A stretch of 64,000 bases of DNA from a candidate division WOR-3 bacterium (GCA_965648905.1 CBFGIT010000001.1:96001-160000); one strand, 5' to 3'; shown: positions 8,426 to 18,870, counted from the stretch's first letter. Notes: generated from the letters alone by a model not told the origin. Program-made: numbers and translations.

Positions 8426-10653
8426 ATAACAACGAAGACCGCGAGTTTCAAACCGTCGTCCTCGCTGCCCTGCTCCACGACATCGGCAAATTCGCTCAAC
8501 GGGCCGGAGTAGTCCCGGGCGGCTACGAACATTTCACCGAAGACGACCACGGTGCTCACGGCGCTCACGGCAAGTGGGGCGCATGGTTTGTCGAGCATTA
8601 CCTGCCTGACGAGTATAAAGCCGCTGGTGCCGCCGTGCTATTCCACCATCGACCCCAAGACCCTGTCACAGAGCTGGTCGCGCGTGCTGACCGTCTTTCT
8701 GCCGGTGAAAGAAACCTGGATTCGGGAGGAGACACATCTAAGTCCAGGCTCGTGCCGATTCTCGGCCGGGTCTATCGTCCGGCGTGGGCCGAAAACGGGT
8801 TCCGACTGAGGCCGCTGTCCATTAGGAAGGACGACGTCTTCCCATTGTGTCCGCAGTCGACTCCGGGTCTCACCGATGAGTACGCTTCTCTCTGGTCCCA
8901 GTTCGCACGCGACGTCGCTGTCCTGCGCAGCAGGAATCTGTCGTTCAGCGCACTGCTCATGACCATGCTTCATCTGCTCCACAAGTACACGTGGTGTATC
9001 CCTAGTGCCGTGTGGGGCTCAGAACCGGACATATCGCTTTATGACCATCTGAAGTCAACCGCAGCTATTGCCGCGGCCCTGTTCAGGTCAGGTCAGCCGG
9101 GCAGGTTCCGGCTCGTGGGCGGCGACATTTGCGGCATCCAGAACTTCATCTATCGACTCGCATCACCGGATGAAGCCCAGGCGGGCATGGCACAACGTCT
9201 GCGCGGCCGTTCGTTCTACGTAGCGCTGCTGGCCGATACAATAGCGGCGGCGGTGCTTGATGAGCTGGCACTGCCCGTGACCAACGCCCTATGGTGCGGC
9301 GGTGGCAACTTCACCATTCTGGCGCACGACATGGCCAACACGCGCGAACTCGAGGTCAGACTGGAAAACTGGCTCTTGGAGCGCTTCCAAGGAGAACTCG
9401 GACTGGCACTCGCCTTTGTGGACATCGACGAGACAGGGCTAGTCAACCTAGCCGACTCCTTGGGCCGACTTGGCCATGAGCTTCAGAAGGCGAAGCAGCA
9501 CAGGTTTGCGTCAGTGGAATGGCATCAGCCGTTCGCATTGACCGGTGAAGTGTGCCGCGTCTGCGGGAAAGACAGTGTCGAAGCTCTCTGTGCTGCATGC
9601 CGACAACACGAGCGGGTCGGCCAGGCAATCCCCCGCAGCAGATACTTGTACCGCGTAGCAGCGGCAGAGGAAGACAGTCAAGACCCGATCACGGAGTTCC
9701 GCGAGTTCGGCGCTGCTTGGGGCTTGGCCGGCGACCTGAGCGACGTGCCAAAGGGAGCCACAGAGGTCTACGCACTCAACACCACGGAGATGCCCCTTGC
9801 GTCAGTGCCACCACACGTCGGATGCGGCTTCAGGCTCCTCGCCCAGCGGGTTCCGGGTGACGGTCACGGCATCCTGACCTTTGACGAGATGGAACGCCGG
9901 AGTACCGGTGCGAAGTTCCTCGGCGCCTTGCGAATGGATGTGGACAATCTAGGCAAGACGTTTGGCTTCGGACTCGGCCAAAACAAGACGCTGTCCAGAA
10001 TTGCCGCACTAAGTCGGTCGATTGACCTTTTCTTCAGCGGCTACCTGAATGAGCTTGCTTCAGACTTCGAAACAGCCTACGTACTGTACGCCGGTGGAGA
10101 CGACGTCTTTGTTGTTGCTGCCTGGGACGAGGCTGTGGCCGTGGCGCGCCGGATCCGGGACGAACTGATGGCCTACTCCTGTGACAACGACCACGTGTGC
10201 ATCTCCGCCGGATTACACCTCTTCAAGCACGCATTCCCGATCGGCATCGCGGCCGGGCTGGCACGGGAAAAGCTGGAGAATCTGGCGAAGAAGAATGCGT
10301 CTGAAGGTCGCGAGAAAGATTCTCTCGCCGTCTTTGAATTCCCCTGCACCTGGCACAGAGCACGCGAAGCGCTCGCTCTTGCAGCAGAGGTGCTCAGACC
10401 GAGCATCGAGTCGAAACACTTGTCGCGACGCTTCTTGTACAACCTGCTAGACATCTATCGCACCCATTTCCGCAACGGAGTCGAGCACATTGGCTGGGTA
10501 CCCAGGTTTCGGTACCTGCTGAAGCGCAACGTCCCTGCAGAGGTCGACGGCCACCCCAATGAGCTGTATGCTACGCTTCTGGCGAAAATGCCGACGATGA
10601 TGAGACTCACGCCCCTCTGGGCAAATTGGGTTCTACTGGCAACAAGAGACTAA
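8422..10653 (+). CDS. cas10: Type III-A Cas10/Csm1
   Basis: HD motif LLHDIGK, DISLYDH, LRGRSFY, MDVDNLG, intact YAGGDD palm; GGAGGTGA RBS. Confidence 0.96.
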   Translation: MNNNEDREFQTVVLAALLHDIGKFAQRAGVVPGGYEHFTEDDHGAHGAHGKWGAWFVEHYLPDEYKAAGAAVLFHHRPQDPVTELVARADRLSAGERNLDSGGDTSKSRLVPILGRVYRPAWAENGFRLRPLSIRKDDVFPLCPQSTPGLTDEYASLWSQFARDVAVLRSRNLSFSALLMTMLHLLHKYTWCIPSAVWGSEPDISLYDHLKSTAAIAAALFRSGQPGRFRLVGGDICGIQNFIYRLASPDEAQAGMAQRLRGRSFYVALLADTIAAAVLDELALPVTNALWCGGGNFTILAHDMANTRELEVRLENWLLERFQGELGLALAFVDIDETGLVNLADSLGRLGHELQKAKQHRFASVEWHQPFALTGEVCRVCGKDSVEALCAACRQHERVGQAIPRSRYLYRVAAAEEDSQDPITEFREFGAAWGLAGDLSDVPKGATEVYALNTTEMPLASVPPHVGCGFRLLAQRVPGDGHGILTFDEMERRSTGAKFLGALRMDVDNLGKTFGFGLGQNKTLSRIAALSRSIDLFFSGYLNELASDFETAYVLYAGGDDVFVVAAWDEAVAVARRIRDELMAYSCDNDHVCISAGLHLFKHAFPIGIAAGLAREKLENLAKKNASEGREKDSLAVFEFPCTWHRAREALALAAEVLRPSIESKHLSRRFLYNLLDIYRTHFRNGVEHIGWVPRFRYLLKRNVPAEVDGHPNELYATLLAKMPTMMRLTPLWANWVLLATRD

Positions 10654-10663
10654 AGGAGGCAAT

Positions 10664-11086
10664 ATGCCCACGACACTAGATGATTTCGTGACAAGCATCA
10701 GATCCAAGAGCTGCTTGGACGACGATATGATGGCGAAGGCCGAGAAGCTGGGCCAGGAGCTGGGAGGAGTCACCACCAGCAAGATGCGTCAGTACTTCGA
10801 CGACATCAAAGGCCTACGGCGCATGGTCGAGAGCAGGGCAAGTGCGCAGCAGGTCAAGGTGAAGCTGCGCCTCGTGCAGTCGCGGCTTGCCTATGACGTA
10901 GGCCGGGCCAGCAAGAAACAGCGGCCCGACATGGAGAAACTCAAGCGCTTCCTGGACGCAGGTATCTCTCGGGTCTTGAACAGCAACGACGCCTGCCAAG
11001 CGGTCAAGGACTTTGCCGTGTTCTTCGAATGCGTCTATGGGTACTTCTACTCCAACGCCAAACCGGAGAATGAGGAGGAAAGATGA
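10664..11086 (+). CDS. csm2: Type III-A small subunit Csm2
   Basis: TTSKMRQYFD, LAYDVGR, FFECVYGY; position in operon. Confidence 0.9.
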   Translation: MPTTLDDFVTSIRSKSCLDDDMMAKAEKLGQELGGVTTSKMRQYFDDIKGLRRMVESRASAQQVKVKLRLVQSRLAYDVGRASKKQRPDMEKLKRFLDAGISRVLNSNDACQAVKDFAVFFECVYGYFYSNAKPENEEER

Positions 11087-11919
11087 GCTACAGGTTTCTA
11101 GGAAACATCATAGTGACCGGCACAATCAAGTGCGAAACCGCCTTGCACATTGGTGGCACAGTCGAAGGTTATGAAATCGGTGGGATGGATAACCCCGTTA
11201 TCCGTGAACCCGTAACCGGGTATCCCTACATACCAGGGTCTTCGCTCAAAGGGAAGATGCGCAGTCTGCTGGAATGGGCCAAAGGTCACGTACAGGTTGC
11301 CGAGGTCGACAAGAACGGCAAGAAAAGGGAAGTTGGCGAGGTCCACAGTTGCAGCAGAGCAGACTGCCCGGTCTGTCGTTCATTTGGCACACCGGCCGAA
11401 CAGACCAGAATCGTGGGGCCGACTCGGCTCTTGGTGCGGGACGCACACCCGACCGAAGACACCAAGAAGAACCTCGACCGTCTGCAACTCGAAAAGGGCC
11501 TTCCCAAGGCCGAATGGAAGTCGGAGAACTATATGAACCGCGTAACAGCACAGGCCACGCCGCGGACCATCGAGCGTGTTCCACAGGGCGCGGAGTTCGC
11601 GCTTGAGTTGGTCTACGGGCTGTACCGGGTAGAAGGCGAACAGGACATTGTCGACATTGGTCACCTGCAGTACGTGATTGAAGCGATGCGCCTGCTGGAA
11701 GACTCGGCACTGGGCGGGTATGGTTCGCGCGGCTCCGGCAAGATTTCGTTCGACCTTGCCGGGAGTGTCCTTCTCCGAACAACCGCCGACTATGAGACGG
11801 GCAAGCCCGGTATACCGCTTGACTTTGGCTCTCTCAAGGACGCAGACGTTGGCAAGCTTAAAGAGCAGGTGAAAAGGCACCTGGCCCAGGCAGATGAAGG
11901 CGCTGACGCTACATCTTAG
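11083..11919 (+). CDS. csm3: Type III-A RAMP Csm3
   Basis: LHIGG, IGGMDNPVIR (catalytic Asp), PYIPGSSLKGKMR, LGGYGSRGSG. Confidence 0.95.
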   Translation: MSYRFLGNIIVTGTIKCETALHIGGTVEGYEIGGMDNPVIREPVTGYPYIPGSSLKGKMRSLLEWAKGHVQVAEVDKNGKKREVGEVHSCSRADCPVCRSFGTPAEQTRIVGPTRLLVRDAHPTEDTKKNLDRLQLEKGLPKAEWKSENYMNRVTAQATPRTIERVPQGAEFALELVYGLYRVEGEQDIVDIGHLQYVIEAMRLLEDSALGGYGSRGSGKISFDLAGSVLLRTTADYETGKPGIPLDFGSLKDADVGKLKEQVKRHLAQADEGADATS

Positions 11920-12901
11920 GTCCCCGTCGGGATTCAAGGATACCCTGCCTCGCTCTGATACGCTGTTCGGCGCGGTCTGTTGGGGCATCTGGCTACTATA
12001 CGGTGAAGTGAGGCTCAGGCAGTTCCTTGCGAGCTACGCGAACGAGAATCCTGCGCTAGTAGTGTCGTCGGCATTTCCTTACTTGGTAAGCGACGGACAG
12101 ACAACACATCTCTTCCCCAAACCAAAGTCCTGCCCCGCGACACCGCCAGCCGACGAGCGCCACTTCGGGCTTGCCAAGCGTTTCCGAAAGGTCAGATACC
12201 TGGACGACGCGTTGTTCCAAAAGGTCATCGAAAACGGCCTGACCAATCAGGACCTGTGGGATTCGCTGGTTCGGAATGAGACAACTCTTTCAGATGACCA
12301 ACAGGTTCTCTCGCACGTCCGCTCGAAAGGCCCCGGCTTGAAGCTTGAGGTGGTACCTGGCAATGCAATCGACCGGCTCGCCGGAGGTACGCTTGAAGGC
12401 ATGCTCTACCATTCGACCGAATGGTTCTTCGGCCCGGACACGGGGGCGTTCTTTCTTGCCCGCCTTGCTGAAGAATGGGAGAAGGAAGCGCTCGCGGTGT
12501 TCCGCTACTACGGGGACAAAGGGCTGGGCGGCGACAGCTCGGTCGGCAAGGGCAACTACAAACTCGACGTAAATGATGGCTTGCCGTATCGAGAGCCGTC
12601 CGACGGCAAGCGCTGGGTGACGTTGTCGCTGTACTATCCGAAACCGGCTGAGTGGGATTTCTGCCGGAACAATCCCGAACAATCCTGGTACTCGGTGATA
12701 CGGCGCAAGGGCAGAGTCGAGAGCGCCTTCAGCCCGACTACCAACTCCTGGAAGAAATCTGTGCTGATGCTTGAAGAAGGGTCGAGCTTCCCTGTCATTG
12801 ACGGAATCGGTGAGTACGGGATGCTGCCCGAGGTTGGGGCAAGACCGGATGGTGCCAAGGTGCTCCAAAATGGGCTTGCTTTCCCGGTCAAGATGAGGTG
12901 A
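11894..12901 (+). CDS. csm4: Type III-A RAMP Csm4
   Basis: RSDTLFGA, VSSAFPY, GLGGDSSVGKG, EEGS. Confidence 0.93.
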   Translation: MKALTLHLRSPSGFKDTLPRSDTLFGAVCWGIWLLYGEVRLRQFLASYANENPALVVSSAFPYLVSDGQTTHLFPKPKSCPATPPADERHFGLAKRFRKVRYLDDALFQKVIENGLTNQDLWDSLVRNETTLSDDQQVLSHVRSKGPGLKLEVVPGNAIDRLAGGTLEGMLYHSTEWFFGPDTGAFFLARLAEEWEKEALAVFRYYGDKGLGGDSSVGKGNYKLDVNDGLPYREPSDGKRWVTLSLYYPKPAEWDFCRNNPEQSWYSVIRRKGRVESAFSPTTNSWKKSVLMLEEGSSFPVIDGIGEYGMLPEVGARPDGAKVLQNGLAFPVKMR

Positions 12902-12904
12902 ACC

Positions 12905-14080
12905 ATGAGCACAAGAGCAACAGACACCTATGAACTGAAGCTCACCCCACTCAGTCCGATCCACATCGGAACTGGCCGCGAGTACTTTCCCCAAGAGTAC
13001 TGTCTTGTCAGCGATCCAGACCGCGTCCTTATTGTAGACCTGAACTCGCTGATTCAGAAGTACCCGGACATTGCCGAACAGAGCTTTGCGGCTGGGAGAC
13101 GCGAACCCCTCTGGAAAACCCCGGCTGGCAACCTGGTCCGACAGGATAAGTCATTGGTTCTATACTCTGACAAGACCGACCGCCATACTGCCGGCGACAT
13201 CAAGACTTACGCCGAGCGCGGCAACGCCGCAACCATACGGGAGTTTACCAAGACGGCAAACTCGCAACCCTACATTCCTGGCAGTTCCGTCAAAGGCGCG
13301 GTTCGTACGGCAATCGCGTACGCCCTGCTCAGCAGTTCGGCTGAGATGTTCACCCGGTTCAAGCGTGCGGTTGTATTGACCGACAATGGCAGGGTTAGGC
13401 AAGGAGACAAGGAGGCAGTCGAGCACGCGGTGTTCGGCGACAGCGGAGACGCACACGAAGACATCATGCGCGTCTGGTCGTTCAGCGACTCATCCTCGCT
13501 GGCCTGTGACCGGACGCTCACTGTGGTGAAGGGCAAACGGCTGTCAAGCACTGGGCCGCTCGGGTATGAGAACTACTATGAGGTCCTGACCGAGACGAGT
13601 GGTCCGCTTCTGCTTCGATCGGCATTTGACCGTGCGTTGGCAGCGTCGGGCGCATGGACGAGCAAGACGTTGTCCGGTCTGCCCAAGACCATGAAAGATG
13701 TTTTCTCGTGCCTGAATCAGTTTGCTGACGACATCATCGCGTATGAACTTACCTATTTCGATAGGCATCCAGCCAAGCCGCAGGAAGTCGTGAACTTCTA
13801 TCAAACCCTCAAGCAGCGACGCGAGCACGGCGAGGTTCTGCTCTGTCTAGGCAAGGGCACTGGTTGGCATAGGAAGACCATAGGCCAGCTTCTGCGCAAG
13901 GACCGAAGCTCCATCTTCCGCGACGTCGTAAGCGCGTACAGCCTCGGCAAGGGCCAACGCCGCTTCACAGACTTTCCGACCTCCCGTGAGATGGCCGTTC
14001 GCGCCCGCATGCCGGGCGTGTTCGGTTGGGCCAGAATTGAACAGATGAGCAGCAAGCAACCAGATGGGAGAACCAGATGA
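12905..14080 (+). CDS. csm5: Type III-A RAMP Csm5
   Basis: LSPIHIGTG, PYIPGSSVKGAVRTA, LGKGTGWHRKT. Confidence 0.92.
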   Translation: MSTRATDTYELKLTPLSPIHIGTGREYFPQEYCLVSDPDRVLIVDLNSLIQKYPDIAEQSFAAGRREPLWKTPAGNLVRQDKSLVLYSDKTDRHTAGDIKTYAERGNAATIREFTKTANSQPYIPGSSVKGAVRTAIAYALLSSSAEMFTRFKRAVVLTDNGRVRQGDKEAVEHAVFGDSGDAHEDIMRVWSFSDSSSLACDRTLTVVKGKRLSSTGPLGYENYYEVLTETSGPLLLRSAFDRALAASGAWTSKTLSGLPKTMKDVFSCLNQFADDIIAYELTYFDRHPAKPQEVVNFYQTLKQRREHGEVLLCLGKGTGWHRKTIGQLLRKDRSSIFRDVVSAYSLGKGQRRFTDFPTSREMAVRARMPGVFGWARIEQMSSKQPDGRTR

Positions 14081-15306
14081 CAGCTTACATTGCCACTGTC
14101 GGCACGAGTGAGGCACGCAAGGGTGACATTGTTGCCGCCCTGTCTTTGTCCGCAGGCCAGATGACCCCCGGTTTCGTTCTGCTGTTGGCCACAGAGAAAT
14201 CTAGGCCCAACGCCGACGCCATCCTCCAGCAACTTGGCCGCGACGACAGCAACTCGCTTATCTACGTCCTCGAGGCCGAGCCTGAACACGCGCAGAACAT
14301 CTATAACGAAACGATTGACGTCATAACGCGGACGCTGAGCCGGCACCATATTCGGCCCGACGACGCCACCGCTGACATTACGTCAGGAACCAAACCGATG
14401 TCCGCAGCTCTGACCTTGGCCGCAGTTAAGCTCGGAATCGGCTATCTACGGTACGTGGCGGTCGAGAAGACTGCTAACAAGGAGGTCTGTACCGGCACCG
14501 AGGAGCTTCGGACGTTCCGGCCACTGGGCTTCCGTGCATCGCTCCTGCTCGACTCGGCGGTCAACCTGATGCGCCAGTACCGTTTCGATGCTGTCCGGCA
14601 ACTGCTTGAACCCATGCCCGAACACCTGTTGAGCGAATCTGAGAGGGCGACAAGGACCTGTCTCCTCTGTCTGGCGCGTGCATATTCCCACTGGGACATG
14701 TTCCGCCACACGCACTTTCAGGGCGAGTACGGCAAGGCGCGCTTTGGCGGCTTACCCGAGCTTCAGCAGTTCCGGCCTCAGCCCGACACGGTGCGAACGG
14801 TCTTGGAACTGGGCGTGGCTCTTGAGCAGGGCAAGCCGACCGACCTGGCTGTCGTCGACCTCATCAACAACGCCCGTCGCCGCATCGAAGAAGGCAAGTT
14901 CGACGACGCGACCGCCCGGCTCTACCGTGCCACCGAGATGCTTGCTCAGTGGCGACTGCACACCAAGCACGGCATCGACACTTCCGATGTTGACATCAAC
15001 AAGGTGCCACAGGCTTCGCGTCAATGGCTGGAGTACAGCCGCGACAACACCGACAAGAAAATCAGAGTCGCCTGCGAACGCGGCTACCGGCTTCTCTTCG
15101 ACCTGGGTGACCCGCTGGGCCCTGCTTTCAAAGACATCAAAGGCAATCTCCGGACTCGCAACGACTCCATCCTGGCCCACGGGCTCACGCCTGTCACCGA
15201 GGAAGTCTGCAACAGCCTGCGCAAAGCGGTCGAGAAGATGGCGAAGGAGGCCATCGCCGACTACGACTCGAAGTCCGCTCTGCTCCGGTTTCCCTGGAGC
15301 AGGTAG
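14077..15306 (+). CDS. csm6: CARF-HEPN cOA-activated ribonuclease (Csm6-like, TIGR02710-type)
   Basis: CARF motifs ATVGTS and DITSGTKPMS; DDATARLYRATE; HEPN RNDSILAHG. Confidence 0.85.
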   Translation: MTAYIATVGTSEARKGDIVAALSLSAGQMTPGFVLLLATEKSRPNADAILQQLGRDDSNSLIYVLEAEPEHAQNIYNETIDVITRTLSRHHIRPDDATADITSGTKPMSAALTLAAVKLGIGYLRYVAVEKTANKEVCTGTEELRTFRPLGFRASLLLDSAVNLMRQYRFDAVRQLLEPMPEHLLSESERATRTCLLCLARAYSHWDMFRHTHFQGEYGKARFGGLPELQQFRPQPDTVRTVLELGVALEQGKPTDLAVVDLINNARRRIEEGKFDDATARLYRATEMLAQWRLHTKHGIDTSDVDINKVPQASRQWLEYSRDNTDKKIRVACERGYRLLFDLGDPLGPAFKDIKGNLRTRNDSILAHGLTPVTEEVCNSLRKAVEKMAKEAIADYDSKSALLRFPWSR

Positions 15307-15414
15307 CCACCGGCCGACCAGCCGGTGGCACAGGCGGTCCGCGCCTGCTGCTCTTTGACAATTTGGAGTGAAACCGACCCCAACACATCATCGACCAAAC
15401 CTGAGGCGGACACA

Positions 15415-16404
15415 ATGGCTACCCTCTATGTGACTGAACAAGGCGCCAAGCTCACCCGTGAATCACGCCGTCTCCTGGTCGTACGCGGCGACGAAACTCT
15501 GCTTGACGTCCCGACCATCAAAGTCGAACGCGTGCTCATCTTCGGCTACTGCCAGATTACCACCCAGGCGCTCGAACTCCTGCTCAACGAAGGCATTCCG
15601 ACCGCGTTCCTCTCCATGGAAGGCCGGCTCAAAGGCACACTCGAACCGACGAAATCGAAGAACATCCCGCTGCGCGTGGCCCAGTACGAAACCTGCCGCC
15701 AGCCCGACTTCTGCCTCACCATGGCCAAACGCATCGTCGCCGGCAAAGTCAAGAACCAGTCGCGGCTGGTACAGCGCTTTGCTCACAACCGGCCCGAGCT
15801 CGACTTCGCCCAGGTGCAGGCCGACCTTGCCCGCCTGCACAGCGAGGTTGACCACAAGACCGCGGCCGGCGGCCTGCTGGGAATTGAAGGACACGCGACC
15901 GCCGTCTACTTCGACGCCTTCCGCCAGATGTTCCAGCAGCTCTCCTTCGAACGCCGCACGCGCCGGCCGCCAACCGACCCGGTCAACTCGCTCCTGAGCC
16001 TCGGCTACACCATGCTCGCCAACGAATACCTCTCAGCCGTCGCCGCCGTCGGACTCGACCCGCACCTGGGCTACTTCCACTGCGTCAGCTACGGTCGCCC
16101 CTCGCTCGCGCTCGACCTCTGCGAAGAGCTCCGCCACCCGCTTGTCGACATGCTCACGCTCGACCTGGTCAACCGCGCCATCCTCAAAGAAGACGACTTC
16201 AACCAGGAGCAAGGCGGCTTCATGCTCAAACCCGAAGCGAGAAAGCGTTACTTTGCCAAGTACGAACGCCGCATGACCATCCGGTTCAAACACCCGCGCA
16301 CCGGCCAGACTACCAACGTTCGTTCGATAATCCGCGACCAGGCGCTGGCGATGGCGCACGCGATTCAAGAGAAGAAACCCTATGAACCATACTACATCGG
16401 ATAG
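15415..16404 (+). CDS. cas1: CRISPR-associated endonuclease Cas1 (no RT or Cas4 fusion)
   Basis: LYVTEQG, LLGIEG, PPTDPVNSLLSLGY, GYFH, LALDLCEELR; GAGG RBS before ATG 15415. Confidence 0.96.
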   Translation: MATLYVTEQGAKLTRESRRLLVVRGDETLLDVPTIKVERVLIFGYCQITTQALELLLNEGIPTAFLSMEGRLKGTLEPTKSKNIPLRVAQYETCRQPDFCLTMAKRIVAGKVKNQSRLVQRFAHNRPELDFAQVQADLARLHSEVDHKTAAGGLLGIEGHATAVYFDAFRQMFQQLSFERRTRRPPTDPVNSLLSLGYTMLANEYLSAVAAVGLDPHLGYFHCVSYGRPSLALDLCEELRHPLVDMLTLDLVNRAILKEDDFNQEQGGFMLKPEARKRYFAKYERRMTIRFKHPRTGQTTNVRSIIRDQALAMAHAIQEKKPYEPYYIG

Positions 16405-16413
16405 AGGTGGCAG

Positions 16414-16713
16414 ATGAACCAGACCAGCTCCGACCAGTGGCACGTTGTCGTCAGCTACGACATCAAGAGCGACCGCCGCCGCAACAAGGTATGCAAGGCC
16501 ATGAAAGACTACGGCGAACATATCCAGTACAGCGTCTTCGAATGCCTGCTCAAGCCCAAGGACCTCGACCGGATGGCAAAGCGCGTCCAGTCGCTGATTG
16601 ACGAAGCCGAAGACAACGTTAGAATATACGTGCTTTGCGCTGCCTGCCGTGACCGGGCCAGGGTTATCGGCCAGGGCCAGGTCATAGAAGACCCTGACGT
16701 TCTGGTGGTTTAG
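16414..16713 (+). CDS. cas2: CRISPR-associated endonuclease Cas2
   Basis: VVSYDI, IQYSVFEC, DNVRIY. Confidence 0.96.
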   Translation: MNQTSSDQWHVVVSYDIKSDRRRNKVCKAMKDYGEHIQYSVFECLLKPKDLDRMAKRVQSLIDEAEDNVRIYVLCAACRDRARVIGQGQVIEDPDVLVV

Positions 16714-16805
16714 TTCTGGGTTGACGGCAAGAGGCGCAAGAACAGGGGTCTCAACCCAAACGGCCTACTTAAGCTACTGTTTAGCAATAGCTTACAAGGC
16801 CGAGG
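16714..16805 (+). promoter_or_regulatory. CRISPR leader
   Basis: Between cas2 and the first repeat; relatively AT-rich, with dyad TAAGCTACTG-TTTAG-CAATAGCTTA. Confidence 0.75.
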
Positions 16806-17693
16806 GTCAGAATCCTCGCCCTGATGAAAAAGGGATTACGACCTGTAGGCTTACACCCACAGCACGAACACTCAATTGTCGTCAGAATCCTCGCCCTGAT
16901 GAAAAAGGGATTACGACAAGCCGTCCGGTGACTCCCAGTTGTCGTCGTAGCAGGCACGTCAGAATCCTCGCCCTGATGAAAAAGGGATTACGACGCAGAC
17001 GCCAGACTCAAGCTCGACCCAGCTCTGCTGCGTCAGAATCCTCGCCCTGATGAAAAAGGGATTACGACGCTTCTCTGTCAGCGAGTACGAAGCGCGGCCT
17101 ATCGAGTACCGAGTCAGAATCCTCGCCCTGATGAAAAAGGGATTACGACCAAGGTCCAAAGAACCCCATGACGATCACGGAGCATCCAGATTCGGTCAGA
17201 ATCCTCGCCCTGATGAAAAAGGGATTACGACGAGGAGTTCGCAGCGCTTCTGAGAATCGGCGCGAAGTGGGTCAGAATCCTCGCCCTGATGAAAAAGGGA
17301 TTACGACGTGTCGGTGGTTCAAGCGTGTCGTTCTCATCCTGCGTTGAGTCAGAATCCTCGCCCTGATGAAAAAGGGATTACGACCTGACGTGGTGGGCGA
17401 AGATACGCTCGTTCTGGTTCTGCCTGTCAGAATCCTCGCCCTGATGAAAAAGGGATTACGACCCCACATAGGGACCCCAATACCCTGCGCATACATTTCT
17501 CTGGGTCAGAATCCTCGCCCTGATGAAAAAGGGATTACGACCTATCGGTGAGCCTTACTGCCACCTTCCCAACACCAGGTATGTCAGAATCCTCGCCCTG
17601 ATGAAAAAGGGATTACGACTTCAAGAGGGTGTCCACGAACTCCAGCAGGTAGTTGCGGTACGTCAGAATCCTCGCCCTGATGAAAAAGGGATT

Positions 17694-18353
17694 TACCGCG
17701 CCTGACGGCGCAAAGGCAGATTGCAGATTGCAGAATGCAGAAGTCAAAATGCCGGGCCGTCCGATGCTTTGACCTTTGCACTTTGCATTTTGCCTTTTGA
17801 CTTGCGCGCGCAGCGCGCCAGTCCTCGCCCTGATGAAAAAGGGATTACGACACCGCCTTTACGAGAGGCGGAAGACTAAGTGCGACGCTCACGTCAGAAT
17901 CCTCGCCCTGATGAAAAAGGGATTTACCGCGCCTGACGGCGCCAAGGCAGAGTGCAGATTGCAGAATGCAGAAGTCAAAATGCCGGACCGTCCGATGCTT
18001 TGACCTTTGCACTCTGCATTTTGCCTTTTGACTTGCGCGCGCAGCGCGGTGGAATCCTCGCCCTGATGAAAAAGGGATTTGCCGCACCTGACGGCGCCAA
18101 GGCAGAGTGCAGAATGCAGAAGTCAAAATGCCGGACCGTCCGATGCTTTGACCTTTGCACTCTGCATTTTGCCTTTTGACTTGCGCGCGCAGCGCGCCAG
18201 TCCTCGCCCTGATGAAAAAGGGATTTACCGCGCCTGACGGCGCAAGGGCAAAAGGCAGATTGCAGAATGCAGAAGGCAAAATGCCGGGCCGTCCGACACT
18301 TTGACCTTTGCACTCTGCATTTTGCCTTTTGACTTGCGCGCGCAGCGCGCCAG
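17694..18353. mobile_element. Four copies of a 121-130-bp non-autonomous palindromic element inside CRISPR repeats
   Basis: Copies at 17694-17821, 17925-18054, 18080-18200, 18226-18353, each flanked by the repeat core TCCTCGCCCTGATGAAAAAGGGATT; arms are inverted heptamer runs; GC hairpins at both ends. Confidence 0.8.
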
Positions 18354-18532
18354 TCCTCGCCCTGATGAGAAAGGGATTACGACTTGACGGGCGGCGAGAG
18401 TTGAGTATGCTCTGCACGATGCCGAGTCAGAATCCTCGCCCTGATGAAAGAGGGATTACGACATGGCGCGTCGTGCCGGAACTGACGATTGGGCTACTAA
18501 CCGCTACCTACGTAGCGTAGCTAAAGAGGTGG

Positions 18533-18736
18533 TTGATGAACTCACTGCACAAAGCTTTGGAAGAGGTGAAAAATCGGGAGCAGACGCCCGAGGAAGCAGA
18601 GAAGGCGCTGGAAAGCCTGTTGTCAGAGGCGAAGAGCTTCCTCGAGAGAAATGGATTTCCATTGACCACAGAGAATTTGCAAGGCGCTTTGATAATCATC
18701 CGGGCTGGCAGAAGAATGAAGAGGGATTCAAGTTAG
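18533..18736 (+). CDS. Small hypothetical protein (67 aa) inside the terminal giant spacer
   Basis: GAGGTGG RBS, helical charged sequence; overlaps a second open frame starting at 18463. Confidence 0.4.
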   Translation: MMNSLHKALEEVKNREQTPEEAEKALESLLSEAKSFLERNGFPLTTENLQGALIIIRAGRRMKRDSS

Positions 18737-18870
18737 CGCACGATGCGCTATCGAACATCCCGGAGCTATCTACCCAATTGCAGCGGCTGGAGAACGGGGA
18801 ACTGCATCCCCGGCTGGCGCTACAGATAGTTGACGCCTACGACCAGGCGCGGTTTCGGTCAGAATCCTCG

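Noticed and set aside
15325..16404. RT-Cas1 fusion, or a separate ring nuclease or extra effector in the cas locus
   Set aside because: Cas1 is ~330 aa with no RT motifs; no additional ORF fits between the cas genes.
16843..17661. Self-targeting by the ordinary spacers
   Set aside because: No match to this window noticed by eye; not exhaustively tested.
16721..18520. Short ORFs with repeated MKKGLR / RILAL peptides
   Set aside because: Translations of CRISPR repeats and the inserted element.
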